Shown: positions 29,053 to 57,006 of the stretch, piece by piece
Layout of the letters: every line of letters begins with the position of its first letter
How positions within the stretch are numbered: position 1 is the first letter of the stretch
Assembly (NCBI RefSeq): GCF_009914755.1
Contig: NC_060929.1
DNA length: 64,000 nt
Reading direction: 5' to 3' (one strand)
DNA from: the human T2T-CHM13v2.0 reference genome, Homo sapiens
Program-made: the position numbers and the translations under genes
The notes under the pieces: model-generated
The model's input: only the letters and a program-made list of their open reading frames with translations
Database searches by the model: none
Told to the model about the DNA's origin: nothing

Positions 29053-29659
29053 TTAATTATCTTGAAAGTAAGGTAACCACCTTGGTGTTGGAACCAGATC
29101 CACATTCCTAGACCCACGTAAACCTGGAACTTTTTATACACAACTCCAGTAATAACAGGGTTTGAATTACCAGCCAGATGGGTAGGAGGTTGAGGCAGAT
29201 TATCAGAATTAGAGGACTAAACAAATTTAAACATTTCTCAGAATATCTGTTCCCTAAAACACACACCCCAGCACATACCCATGCACAGACTCATACACAG
29301 AATATGTACCTTCTAAATTAAAAGTATTTCGAGCTTTCTATTGTCATTTATTTATCATTTCATTTCATTCATTCATGGGCTAGGTGTTGTGAATAAAGAA
29401 AAGTCTCTGGCCTCTAGGAGCTCACAGTTTTGGGAGAAAGAGAAAATCAATTATAATACACTTGACAAGTAGTATAACAGAAGTTGTAAACACAGTGTGT
29501 TAGGATAGAAATGAAGAAACCCAGAGTTCAGTAAATTCTTCAAATAAAAGCTGACTTCAGAAGTACGTATAATAATTAAGCCTACAAGAAGGTACAGGAA
29601 ACAGTGTGTGTACATGCTGTGTTTGGAATTGAAAAGTAACTATCAAAAATGTGATGGTA

Positions 29660-30450
29660 TATGTTAGTTTCCTATTGCTGCTGTAACAAATTACCAGAAA
29701 TTTAGTGGCTAAAAAAAACACACAAATATATTATCTTACAGTTCTGTAGGTCAGAATCAAGGTGTTGGTAGGGCTGTGTTTCTTTTTGGAGGCTCTAGGA
29801 GAGAATCTCATTCCCTGCCTTTTCCAGCTTCAAATGTCAGCCTCATATTCCTTGGCCTGTGGCCCATTTCCATATTCAAAGCCAACAATAAGCCAGTTGA
29901 GACCTTCTCACTTTGGATCACTCTGACACTAACTCTTCTGTCTCCCAGATAATCCTGGTGTAATGGACTGAATGTTTGTGCCCCCCCAAAATTAATATGT
30001 TGAAACCCTAATCCCATTGTGACAGTATTTGGAGGTGGGACCTTGGGGAGGTAATTAGGTCATAAAAGTGAAGCCCTCATGAATGGGATTAGTGCCCTTA
30101 TAAGAAGAGCCCAGAGGGCTAGCTAGCTCTCTTTCTACCATGTGAGGATACAATGAATGAGAAGTAGGCAGACTGCAAGATGGGGCCCTCACCAGAACCC
30201 AACCATGCTGGCACTCTGATCTTGGAGTTGTAGCCTCCAGAACTGTGAGAAATAAATTTTTGTTGTTTATAAGCCATCCAGGATATGGTACTTGTTACAG
30301 CAGCCCAAACTAAGACACCAGAATAATCCCTTTATTATAAAGTCAGCTGATTAGCAACCTTAGTTCCTCTTTGTCATGTAACATAACACATTCTCAGGTC
30401 CCAAGGATTAAAATGTGGACATGTTTGCAAGACCATTATTCTGTCTACCT
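29660..30450. mobile_element. MLT1C/D-like LTR (minus) with a nested MLT1A0-like LTR (plus, 29959-30317)
   Basis: Outer TTGCTGCTGTAACAAATTACC...; inner TGTAATGGACTGAATGTTTGTG ... AACTAAGACA. Confidence 0.75.
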
Positions 30451-30456
30451 AAGGTG

Positions 30457-36972
<6,516 letters not shown>

Positions 36973-37029
36973 ATCAGCAGAGATTTAAAAAAGAACATTG
37001 AACAACACAGGGTATTAACAGAAAAATCT

Positions 37030-37051
37030 ACACACACACCTCCATACACAT

Positions 37052-37082
<31 letters not shown>
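37030..37082. repeat. Imperfect (CA)n microsatellite
   Basis: ACACACAC...CGCGCGCACACACAC. Confidence 0.85.
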
Positions 37083-38079
37083 AGATAAGGCAAATATGGC
37101 AAAGTATATATAATTATTGACTCTAGGAGGAAGGCATATGGGTACTCATTGTATTTACCTTTTAACTTTTGTATGTTTGAAAATCTTCATAACAAAGAAA
37201 CACATTATATAGCACTGTCAGAAAATATGCCATAATGGTTCAGGGATTCTATCCAGGTGGTAGATTTATGGATGACTGTTGTTGCAAATTTTCTTCTTTT
37301 ACTTTGATGCATTTTCTATAATGGACATATATTATTTTTATTATCAACAATTAAAGCCATATTCTATTGAGCATTAAACAATTGTCCTATCACATGTATC
37401 TACTGTAATGTGTCCTTTTTGCTAAATTACTTGATAGTATAATAGACACAACAGAGGCCAGCCACCTTTTCTATCACTCTTCACATTTCTGAGTTCTCCC
37501 TCTTAGAGGCACAAGTTTAGGGCAATTTGTGTTTGAACTCTGAGGTCAGGAAGCATCTTGGGAAAAGTTTCTAGACAAATGGTTGCTTTACTAGTTAGGG
37601 TACACCCTCACTAATGTTGTGCTATCAGTTTTAGAGCCATAAAACTGAATTATCAGTGTGACCCCCTAGATCAGTGAATGGCACCACTATCCAGCTGAGG
37701 TTGCTAGATGTCTTTTCCCTTGACAACCACCCCACCACCAATTCCACTTTCCAGACATGCTTAACTGATTGCAATTCTCCTAAAAGACATGCTCTCTGAG
37801 CTCCAGGCCTTTGCACATATGGTGCCCTTTGTCTAAATTAATGTTCCACAGCCTTTTTAATGTCATGGTGCACACAGAAAAAAAATTTATATAATACACA
37901 GGTGTAAAGTGGAAAGAATGTGGTGTTATCTGCAAGGGCCTTGCTAAAAAAAATTCAATACGGAAGATATTTAATATTTAAGATAACAAATATTATTTAT
38001 ATTTAAGATATTTAGATGTACTTAAAATATTTAATAAGATATTTTAATGAAAACCTTTAGCTTACTAATTTAAAAATTG

Positions 38080-40110
38080 TTTTTTCTTTGTAATTTGAAA
38101 TAATTCCAAACTTACAATAGAGTTGCAACAATAATAATGCAAATAACATTTTTCCTGAAACAGTAAAGAGTAAATTGCCAACATGATGCCCCAGTACCCA
38201 CCACTAAGACTTTAGTGTATAATTGCTGTGAACAAGGACATTCTCCTATGTAACCACAATATAACCATCACAATTAGGAAATTAACATTGATCCATCACT
38301 ACCAACTAACCCACAATCCCCATTCAAGTTTTGACAATTGTCCGAATAATGTGAATGGATCTAGTCCAGAATCACACTCTGCTTTTGGTTGTTATGCCTC
38401 TTAAGTCTCCTTGACTTTGACTCTCTTGAAGACTTTGACTCTCTTGAAGACTTTGACTCTCTTGAAGACTTTGACTCTTTGACTCCTGACTCTTTTGAAG
38501 ATTGCAGACTTATAGACTAGTTACTTTGCATAATGTACCTCAATTTGAATTTGTCTAATATTTCCTCATAATTAGACTAAGATTACATATTTTGACAGGA
38601 ACGTCACAGAAGTGATAAGGCAACCTATCAGGTAGTAAATGATTTATTTTTGTCCCATTACTGTTAATTTTAATCACTCAATTAAGGCAGTGTCTGCCAG
38701 ATTTTCCACTCTGAAGTTGCTTTTCTTCCGATTTGTAAGTACTAAATTTGTGTGGAGGTATTTTGAAACTACATAATATCCCTTTCCTTAGCAAACTTCC
38801 ATCCACTAATTTTTAATATTCATGATGATTCTTGGCTGAATCTATGATCATTTATAAATCTATGATCATTTATAAATGGTGATTTTCCTACTCAAGCATT
38901 ACATCTACACTTACTAGATCTCTTCTCCCCAATTATTTATTCATTTATTTATATTCACATGGACTTATGAATTCTTGTTTTTATTCCATGGATTGTAATC
39001 TTCTACTACTATTATTTACTTTGGTACCCAAAGTATGTCAGATTTGGCCACTGGGAATTCATTCAAACTGACTTCTGTGTTCTTTTGACATGTCCCCATA
39101 ATTCTTTGAGCACGTTTTACTTTCTGGCCTGACAAGATATTTTAGGCTCATCTTGGACTTTTCCTGCCCTATCCTGGAATCAGCGATTTCAAGAAATCTT
39201 GTTTCCTTTTAGTGGAGAATGGTACTTAGAAATCAAGATATTGGCACTAGATATGGCACATTGCTGTTGGGGGGTTGCTGCCCGAAGACAGAGCTAGGGG
39301 ATATATGTATATATACATACCCATGGCACATTATGTATACACATACATTAATGTATGTAATTCACACATTTACATCTATATTTATTTCTACATCAATCTA
39401 TCTAACCATGAGTTCACACCAGTACCTCAACTCCAATCCAATACCACAAAGTTTATTCCAGTTTTTTTTTCTTTTGCATATTTATAACTCTCTGAAAGTG
39501 GAAAACTTGGCTCCCATTTTCCTCAATATATTTACTTATTGGCTCAATCTTGCCTATGTATAATCAATTTCCCTTCCTGCTGCCACCCCTTCACGAAGAT
39601 GGCCTACTTGCCCTGCTCAGACTCTCATACACTGCGCTGGCCCATCACTGCTGTCACAGGCCTCTCCTATGTAGGTGCCTTCCCCACCTTACTGGGCCTC
39701 AATGCCCCATGCCAGGCCACCACCATCCCTCTGCAGAGATTCCCTCTCTGCCCCAATCAAGCTCTGACACATGGTGCCAAGCCAGCAAGTATCTTCCTCA
39801 CCCCACTTAGGCTCTAACATTTATCACTGAGCTATGAAATCCACCCCAAAATCTAGGTGCCTTCCTCACCTCATTCAAGCCCTAACACCCTGTGCCAGGT
39901 TTCTGCTGTCACCACCCTCCTAGGTAGAAAACCTCCTCACCTCTCTCAAGTTCCAACCACCACATGGGCTGTTACAACCCTCCCCCTCACAGACCCGTTC
40001 CCACTCCACATGGGTTCTGATACCCCATGCCAGGCTGCCCCCAGCACCATCCAATGCATACGTCTATCTTGCTCAGCCCTACCTAATGGGTTTTTGATTG
40101 AATTATTTAG
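38080..40110 (-). mobile_element. Old L1MC-type 3' region, including a degenerate GC-rich repeat block
   Basis: L1MC-like 3'UTR motifs (GAACAAGGACATTCTCCTA; TTTAGTGGAGAATGGTACTTAGAAATCAAGAT). Confidence 0.6.
38413..38478. repeat. Perfect 18-bp tandem repeat x3.7 (GACTTTGACTCTCTTGAA)
   Basis: Units at 38413, 38431 and 38449, partial unit at 38467. Confidence 0.95.
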
Positions 40111-40429
40111 AAAAAAGGAAAGTAGGAAAGAAAAGAAGGGAAAAGAAAGAAAAGAACACGTTTTATACTTGAAATGGCCACACACAATTCCTGATCAAGA
40201 CTTTTTAATGATAGTCTTTTCCACTTTTTAATTCACCATCCACAAGAAGCTTTATTCATGATAAGTGGTTGAAAATTTAAGTTTTTATAACCATTTTAAA
40301 ACGAGCCACAACTGAAGTTTCATTTAAAGAATCTAATACCTCTTCCTTTCCTTTCATTGGAAAATGAAAGCATTTCCAATGATGTGATGTCTTAAAATTT
40401 AAAAGATGACTGGCTGCTATATGAATTCT

Positions 40430-41399
<970 letters not shown>

Positions 41400-41400
<1 letters not shown>

Positions 41401-42548
41401 AAAGGTAGACAGTAACAAGTGTTAGTGAAGATGTGGGGAAACTGGAACACTCATACATTGCTTGGTGAAAATGTAAAAATGGTATGGCCACTTGGGGTTT
41501 TTGTTTTTTTGTTTTTACTTTTTCCACTTTTATTTTAGGTTCAAGGTGTAGATGCAGGTTTGTTACATGGGTAAACTGCCTGTCACTGAGGTAGAGTGTA
41601 CAAATAATTTCATCACCCAGCTAAGTGAGCACAGTACCAGATAGCTGGTTTTCAACCCTCACCCTCCTTCCACTCTCCTCACTCAAGTAGGCCCCATCTT
41701 TGTGTTCATTCATACCTAAAGTTTAGGTCCCACTTGTAAGGGAGAACATACACTATTTGGTTTTCTGTATCTGCCTAATTTGCTTAGGATAATGGCCTAC
41801 AGCTGCATCCATGTTGTTGCAAAGAACATGATTTTGTTCTTTTTTTTACGGCTGCGTAGTATTTCATGGTGTATATACACCACATTTTCTTTATCCAGTC
41901 CACCACTGATGGGCATCTAGGTCGATTCCATGTCTTTGCTATTGTGAATAGTTGTGCGGCCACTGTGGAAAAGTTTGGTAGTTCCTCAAACATTCAGTTA
42001 CCATATGAGCTAGCAACCTCACTCCTAGATATATAGCCAAGAAAAATGAAAACACATGTTCCCACACAAATATGTAAGCAAATGTTCATAGCAACATTAT
42101 TCATAATAGCCAAAAAGTGGAAATAACCCAAATGCCTATCAACTAATAGATATGGAATATCATTTGGCAATAAAAAGGAATAAAGTATTAATACATGGTA
42201 CAGCATGGGTGAACCTTGAATACATCATGCTAACTGAAAGAAGCTAGTCACAAAAGATCACATATTGTATGATTCCATTTACATGTAATGTCCAGAATAG
42301 GCAAATCAATGGAAACAGAAAGTAGATTAATGGTTTCATGGGGCTAGGGGAAGAAAAGGAGGGAGAAATGAGGAGTGATGGTTAATGGGCACAGAGTTCC
42401 ACTTAGGGAGGACAAAAATGTTCTAAAATTAGATTGTAGTGATGGTTGCACAATCCTGTGAATAAACTAAAAACATTGAACTATACAGTTTAAACAGGTG
42501 AATTGTATGGTATGTAAATTATCTCAATAAAGCTGTTTAAAAAAAATA
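41400..42548 (+). mobile_element. L1MB 3' end with a nested antisense L1P 3' fragment (~41495-41957)
   Basis: L1MB 3'UTR ending CTCAATAAAGCTG; nested piece flanked by GGCCACT repeats. Confidence 0.8.
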
Positions 42549-43292
42549 AGGGAAGGATCACCTAGAACACATACTGCTGAGAGATGAGCTGATTAGAATA
42601 GAGACCACTAGATTGGGTAGCATAGAGGTCATTAGTGACCTTGACAAACAAATGTTTAGTGCAGTGATGGAGAAAGGTAATTAGGGTAGGCTAAGAGGGA
42701 ATGAGAACTGAGGAAGTGGAATCAAAGTTCTGTTATAATTGCAGAGAAATGGGGTACTGATTACAGAGGCATAAGGAATAAATAGTTTGTTTTTCTAAGA
42801 TGGGATGAGAATGAATCAATACAGATGGATAAATTGATAACGCTAGAGAGAAAATGTTTTTGTTACTTCTCTGTTTTCCCCACTAAATGATAACTTGTGG
42901 GGAAACAAACTTTATTTAATGTTTGTTGTTATTTGTCCCCACTAAATTATTAATCTTTCCATGTAAGGGACCATGAATAACCCTGTATGTGATAGGCATT
43001 CAATCAATATTTGTAAAATAATCACAAACTCCTGCATTTAGGCAAGGAAAAATGGAGGGAAAATGTGAAAAAGGCAGCTACGTAACCTAGAAAAAAAGGA
43101 GGGTAAAATAATAGGGTAGTTGGGCCTTGATGGTCACAATATAACCTGGAAAGAAGAAATATTAAATTTGCCAAAGAAACCCGTTTATTATGTCTCTACC
43201 TCAAGTTCCCTAAGTTTGCCACTAGCCCAAACTCAAGCTAGCTCTGCACTTCTCCCAGTGGAGGTTCCAGACTCATCAACACAAGGTGGAGC

Positions 43293-43888
43293 TTTGTATC
43301 AGTTTTCTGTCATTGCCATAACAAATCATCACAAAAATGGTAAATTAAAACAAGATTATTTATTATTTTACAGTTCTATAGGTCAGAAGTCTGACACAGG
43401 CTTCAGTGGGTAAAAATTAAAATTTCAGCAGGGCTGCATTCCCTTCTGAAGGCTCTCGGGGAGAATCTGTGTCTTTCTAGAGGCCACCCACCTTCCTTGG
43501 CTCATGGCCCCCTTTCTCGATCTTCAAAGTCAACAATGGTTCCTTTCATACTTCAGATTTCTTTTGCTTTTCTTCCATGCGTCTCTGTCTGTCTCTCTCT
43601 CTCTCTTCTTTTCCCCCTCCCCCTCCTTTCCTCCTTCTATCCCTCCCTTCTTCCATCCCTCTCTCCTCCTGCCATCCTTCTCTCCCCACCCCCAACCCCC
43701 CTCTACAACCAGGAGAGAGATTATATGTTTATATTGTCCCCACTCAGATAATCCCAAATATTCTCTCCATTCAAGGTCCCTAACCTTAATCACATCTACA
43801 AAGTACTTTTTGCCATGTAAGGTAACATATTCATAGGTTCTGGAGATTAGGACACCAACATCTTTGAGAGCTAAAGAAGACCACACAT
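43293..43888 (-). mobile_element. MLT1-type MaLR LTR with a CT-rich tract
   Basis: TGTATCAGTTTTCT...; TAACCTTAATCACATCTACAAAG; GCCATGTAAGGTAACATATTCATAGG. Confidence 0.75.
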
Positions 43889-43945
43889 TCGTAAAAGGTC
43901 ATAAAATCAACACTGATTTAAGTAAAAGAAGTGCTGAGGGATGAA

Positions 43946-44209
43946 TTTTTTTTTTTTTTTTTTGAAACAGAGTCTCCCTCTGTTCTCCAGGTTAGAGTGC
44001 AGTGGTACGATCTCGGCACTGCAAGCTCCGCCTCCCGGGTTCACGCCATTCTCCTGCCTCAGCCTCCCAAGTAGCTGGGACTACAGGCGCACACCATCAC
44101 ACCTGGCTAATTTTTTGTATTTTTAGTAAAGACGGGGTTTCACCATGTTAGCCAAGATGGTCTCGATCTCCTGACCTCATGATCCGCCTGCCTGGCCCTC
44201 CCAAAGTGC
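43946..44209 (-). mobile_element. 5'-truncated AluY/Sc-like element
   Basis: GCAAGCTCCGCCTCCCGGGTTCACGCCATTCTCC. Confidence 0.92.
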
Positions 44210-44224
44210 CGAAGGACGATTTTA

Positions 44225-44580
<356 letters not shown>

Positions 44581-44982
44581 TACCAGATGGTAAGGCAGGG
44601 CAATGAAGGTAAGAGAAGAGTGAGTAAAGAATAAAGAAAATACCACAATTTCTGTGCCCTAAAACTACTGCTGTGATTTGATGGTTTCAAAGTTTGGATT
44701 CACAAACACACACAACCATATGTTGCTTCTCTTCATCAAGTTACATATTTTAAAATAGCTCGAATTTCTATTGGAGAGTACAAAATGTGGGAAGGTGAAA
44801 GGGGGGTGAGGGTTGAAAAATTACCTGTTTGGTACAATGTTTACTATGCCGGTGATGGGTGCACTAAATGCCTGGATTTCACCACTATGCAATATGTGCA
44901 TATTTAAAAATCTGCACTTGTCCCCCCTAAATAAATAAATAAATTATAATAAAAAGCTCAAATTCCCTCTTTTCCTTCCAAA

Positions 44983-45016
44983 TGCAGTGTTCCATTCATC
45001 TGCCACCAGATGGCAG
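44983..45016 (+). promoter_or_regulatory. Candidate CTCF site (core plus upstream module)
   Basis: Core CCACCAGATGGCAG (45003-45016) fits CCASYAGRKGGCR; TGCAGTGTTCC ~20 bp upstream resembles the ZF9-11 module. Confidence 0.7.
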
Positions 45017-45519
45017 AGAAGAGCAGAGAATAAATTCCTAAATATCAAAAGAAAGACTGACACCTGGAGAAGTCCAGCCCTCTTGAAGGAAGGCAAACCT
45101 AAATCTTTTAAAATAGAAAAGCATCTTATTTTTAAAGGCTTCCAGAGACATCAAGTTCACAATTTTCCCCTAACTTACTGTTGGGAAACCTGTTAAAAAT
45201 ATACTTCACTAAAGCACAGCCTAATGGAGCTCAGAATTGTTAGGCAAATTCATAAATCCAGAAAGAGCTAAGAATCACTTTAGCTCAAAAAGGTACAAAA
45301 AATGGTTTTAAAAAGAAAACTTGCTGCCCTAGTTCCAAGAGGAAACTTAATGGCTGTCCCTCAAGCACCTCAAATTCAACCTGTCCCAAACATAACTCAG
45401 TATCTTCCTTCCACACTTTCTCTTTTTCCTGTTCCCAAATCAATTATGAATAGTATCCCCACTTGGTTGCTAAATCCAGAAAACCTAACATCCTCCTTGT
45501 TGTGTCCCTAATTCTCAAC

Positions 45520-47630
45520 TTGTAAAGAATGAGTATTTTATCATCTCTTTTCCTTCATCTATTGGTTTTGAAATAATATACTGTTTTTATTCTTTTAGTA
45601 GTTATATTAGGAATTACCACATGCATATTTATCAAAACTGAAATTACTAAACATCTTTATCCTGATCCTAGATGACGCGAGGATCATTTAAAATCCATTT
45701 ATCCCCCTCTTGGATTATATTGTTGTTGTGCTGTGCATTTTAATTTTTTACACCTACCAGGACATTATTGTCACTGTTTTATACAATAGGTCTTTGTTTA
45801 GGTTTGCCCATATGTTTTCCACTTTCTCTGCTCTTCTTTCCTTCTTGGATCTCAGGTCTTGCCTCTGGGATCACTTTCCTTCTGTCTGAAGTATGCATCC
45901 TTTAGAATTTCCTGTAATGAGCTAGAGATGAATTCTCTCAGCTTTTGTTTTTCTGAAAAATGTCTCTTTTGCCCTCATTCTTGAAAGATACTTTTTGTTT
46001 AGTATAAGTTCTAGATTGGCAGCTATTTTGTCAGCCCTTTTAAGGTACCAGTCCATGTCACCTGGCTTCTATTTTTGCTGTTAAGCAGCCAAGTGATAGT
46101 ACAACTGTTGCTCTTTTGAAAGTAATCTACTTTTACCCTCTGGTGTTTCTAATATTTTTCTCTTTGCCTGTTATTTGCTGCAGTTTCTAGAATGTATCTT
46201 GGATAGATTTCTTCTTATTTATCCTATTTGGGGTTATTGGGCTTCTTTAATTCATTCTGAAATATTTGCAACCATTTCATCTTCAAATACTGCCTCTGCC
46301 CCATTCTTGCTCTCCTTTCCTTATGTAACTCCAACTAAATGAATGATAAATTCTCTTAGTTTTTCCTTCATATATCTAATTTCTCTTCCATAGTTTCCAT
46401 CCTTTTGTCTCTTTTCAAAAAGCATTCTGGATAATATCTTCTGAGCTATCCTCTAGTTCTCTAATTCTCCCTTTAGCTCTGCTCAATTTTCTGTCAGATT
46501 CTGTACCCTCTCACATACAAATATACTTACCTCCTCCCCAAGGAAAAAAACTTTTAAAGTTCCATAAAGTCACTGACTTGAGCTCTAAGTCGAAGATCTA
46601 ATACCTTAATCTCTACATCAGGTCCAGATGAGGTTGATTTTCACCTAGACACCTATGAATTTATAACAACAGTTATTTGTTCCACCCACCCCAATACATA
46701 TACAATATACAATAGTGAAACAGGGTCAGAATAATTCCAATAAACCCTCCCATTTGGAAAAGAGAAGGATGGAAAATGCAATTCTAAAATCTCACTGGGC
46801 AGATGATTACAAGGAGTTCCTACTCTGGGGAGGGGGAATATTTCTTGAATAGCCCTTGATTTCGCTAATACTAATGGGCTCCTCAACCCATTGTTCACCC
46901 TGGCCCTTGGTCTTCTCTCTGGCAGGATGTCATTCCTTTTCAATTATCCTCCTTGGTCGTGCTGAAGAAGGCACTGGAAAATATGTCTTTCTTAGGAACT
47001 GAGCAGCTTTCTTTTTATGCTTCCTTCCTATAGAAATTGGGGGCCAACAGTCATAGACGATTTTAGTCCAGGCTGTGGTATTTTTGAAGTAAAGTTCTTT
47101 TTCAAAAACATACTTGACTTTTTATTTATTTTGGTTTAGTCCGCTGCCTGTAGTAATAGCCATACCTACAATTCTTTTGAAAACAATTCTCCCTCATTTA
47201 AGTTAGTTCAGATACTTAAACCTATCAGGTTTGATAGCATTCTTATTTTCTTTTACTTGACCATTTTGTCAAGCTAAAAGGACTTAATAAACACTACTTT
47301 AACTCATCCAGAGGTTTTTAACAATGACTGTATGGTCACATCCTCAAGGGATCCTTGCTTAAGCAGCTAAGCATTTTTAATCAGACTTTAATATTCAAAG
47401 GCCTTCTCAGTTTTCTCTTTTACCATCTGGAAATGAGAATCACTTGTATCTTCCAAACCTGCAAGTACTGAATTTCTGTGCTCTCTTAATTTCCTTTCAA
47501 ATTAAATAATTAAATTCCTTTTCTACTTGCAAATAAGCCAATTCTTTTTTGAGCTCATCTCTTTATTGCTGTAAATTACCAAATGAAGCCAATAGTAACT
47601 AATTCACCCTACAAGCATTCAGTTTTTCCC
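45520..47630 (-). mobile_element. Old L1ME fragment (~45520-46500) followed by MaLR internal (MLT1-int-like) sequence (~46500-47630)
   Basis: Antisense L1 ORF1-like T-rich sequence; downstream similarity to recalled MaLR internal region. Confidence 0.5.
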
Positions 47631-47806
47631 AAAAATCTTCCCAAAAGGAAAACTATAGGCCCAGACTCTACCAGCAAGTTCTATGAACATTCAAGGGAGA
47701 AATGAGACCAATAATACAAACCCTTTCAGAAAACAGAAAAAGGGAGTATTTTCTCTAACTCGTTCGATGATGCTATCATAACTCTGATATCAAAATCCAC
47801 TAAGGA

Positions 47807-48120
<314 letters not shown>

Positions 48121-48945
48121 TTACAGGTAAGCTGACTAAAAATCATAAATGCAAATTTCCTAAACAAAATATTAGCACACAGAAAATAGCAATATAGAAA
48201 AAGGATAAAAAGGGATAATATTTAAAAAGGATAAAACATGGGTTTGTCTAAATAATACAAAGTTGATTTAGGAGAAGAAAATCAATTAATACTGTTACCT
48301 ACAATAACAGAATAGAAGAAGAAACATGAACAACCTAATAATGATTGAAAGTGTATTTGATAAAAACAAATATTCAATATTTTTTAAAGACTCTTAATGA
48401 ACTGGGAAAAAAAAGATAATTTTCTTAGTCTGAAACACTATAAATAAATATTCATGCACAATGCCTGACAACAGGAACTATCACAAAAGACTCTGAAAAA
48501 ACCACAACCTTGCACAAAGGCCATCAAAATCTTATACAAACAAAAATACTTCTGTGAGGACATTAAGTGTAATATTTACTACAAGTACAGTGAGATGTTT
48601 AAAGCTTTGCCTTTAAATAATGCCTGTTAACACCACTTTTATTTAACAGTGTACTAGAGGGCCTAGCCAGCCTAGTAAGGCAAGTATATGAAAAAAAAAC
48701 AAAACAAGAATAGGAATTGGAAAGAGAAACAAAACTATCATTATTTGTAGATGATAGGATCACGAATGTGAAAAATTTAAGAGTATCTAAGGATAAATTA
48801 CTAAATTACTGAGACATTTTAGCAAGATGACACAAATTTGCAAAATCAGTTGTATTTCTACACATTAGAATCAAAAAATAAAAAAACTCAAAAATACCAA
48901 CTATGCTAGCATAACATACATGAAGTACCCAAGAACTGTGAAAGT

Positions 48946-55162
<6,217 letters not shown>

Positions 55163-55436
55163 AAATAAATCTTTTAAAACTACAGACATGCCGATCTTTA
55201 TATATAAATTATAAACTTTATTGAGAGAATTTAGAGAGGACCTAACTACATGGAGAGATATACTATATCTGCGGAATTTGGACAACTCAACATTGGAAAC
55301 ATTTCGGCTCTCCTAAAGTGAGTGTCAGAGTCAATGCAATCCCAATAAAAATCATTAGCCATTTATTTGTAGAACTTGAGAAGCTGATTCTAAAATTTAT
55401 AAGGAAATGCAAAGGATTGAGAGTAGCTATGACATT

Positions 55437-55873
55437 TGTAGTAGTCTGTCTTCTGTTGCTTATAACAGAATACCTGAAACTAGGCAATTTGTAATGAAAG
55501 GGAATTTATTTATCAGAGTTATAGAGGCTGAGAAGTCCAAGGCTGAGAGGTCACATCTGGTGAGAGCCTTATTGCTGGTGGGGACCGTGTGCAGAGTCCC
55601 AAGGTGGCACAGGGTTATCACAAGGTGAGGGGACTCAGCATGCTAATACGCTACCATGCTAGTTCAGGTCTCTTCTCCTCTTCTTATAAAGTCACCAGTT
55701 CCCATCCCATGATAACTCATTATTCCATTAATCCATGAATGGATTAACTCATTCATGAAGGCAAATCCCTCATGATCCAATAACTTCTTAAAGGTCTCAT
55801 CTCCCAATGTTGCCTCATTTGGGGTTAAATTTCAACCTGTGTTTTGAAGGGGACAAATATTCAAACCATAGCA
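55437..55873 (-). mobile_element. MST-type MaLR LTR
   Basis: TGTAGTAGTCTGTCTTCTGTTGCTTATAAC ... TTCAAACCATAGCA. Confidence 0.8.
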
Positions 55874-56030
55874 CTTGGTTTTTCTTGGAGAAGAAAAACA
55901 AGCTAGGAAGACTTAGTCTATGATATCAAGGTTAATAAAGTATATTAATTATTATAGTGAGATACTGATGCAAGGGTGGGCAAAAAGACAAGCAGAACAA
56001 AACAGCCAGCCAGAAATAGACTTATACACA

Positions 56031-56579
56031 TTGTTTTAGTCAGTTCAGATGGCTGTAACAAAGTACCACAGGCTGGGTGGCTTATAAACAATAGAAATGT
56101 ACTTCATACAGTTTTGGAGGCTGGAAATTTAAAATCAGAGTGCCGGCTTGGTGAGGCACTCTTCCAGGTGAGGGCCTCTCCTGGTGAGGGCTCTCTTGCA
56201 GGTTGCAGTCCACCAGCTTCTCACACAAGGAAAGACAGCTCTCTAGCTCTCTGGCCCCTTCTTTATTTTTTATTATTATTTTTATTTTTTTGTAGAGACA
56301 GGATCTTGCTATGTTGCCTAGGCTTGTCTAGAACTCTTGGCTCACTGGAGCCAAGTGATCCTCCCACCTCAACCTCCCAAAGCACTAAGATTATACAGGC
56401 ATGAGCCACCATGCCCAGCCTTGGCCTCTTCTTACAAGGGCACTAATCCCATTCATTGATGAGGGCTTCACGCCCATGACCTAATTACTTTCCAAAGGCC
56501 ACGTCTCCAAATACCATCACCTGGGAATAGGGTTTCAACACAGGAGTTTTGAGGGAATACAAACATTCAGTCCACTGCA
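56031..56579 (-). mobile_element. MLT1A-type LTR with an Alu monomer (~56260-56421) inserted
   Basis: TTAGTCAGTTCAGATGGCTGTAACAAAGTACC ... AAACATTCAGTCCACTGCA. Confidence 0.78.
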
Positions 56580-57006
56580 CATACACAGATGCTTGATAAA
56601 TGACAGAGATGGCATGGTGAAGTAGTAGGGGCAAGGACTGTCTTTTTGATAAATGGTAGTAGGACAATCAAATATCTGTGAGAATGAAATGAAGTTATAT
56701 TTCTAGCTGGTACTAAACCAAAAAGTCAACTTCAAATAGATTATAAACCTAAATGTAAGAATAAAAACTGAAAGCTTTTAGAGGATTATATAAGAGAAAA
56801 TCTCATGATCTCAGGATAAAGAATTTCCTAAGAAGCAGAAAGCACTACATTAATGTTTGTTGAAGATAATGAACTGAGTCACAAAATGTCACTGAAGTAA
56901 AAGGTTAGAGGTGCACACCCAAATGGAATGAAATTCCACAAAGTAGAAAAGAAGTCATCAAAATGGCAAGAGAAAGCCAGAAATAAAGACAATTATTGTC
57001 ATTTAC

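Noticed and set aside
38413-38478. CRISPR-like repeat array
   Set aside because: Head-to-tail repeats with no spacers, in a mammalian context.
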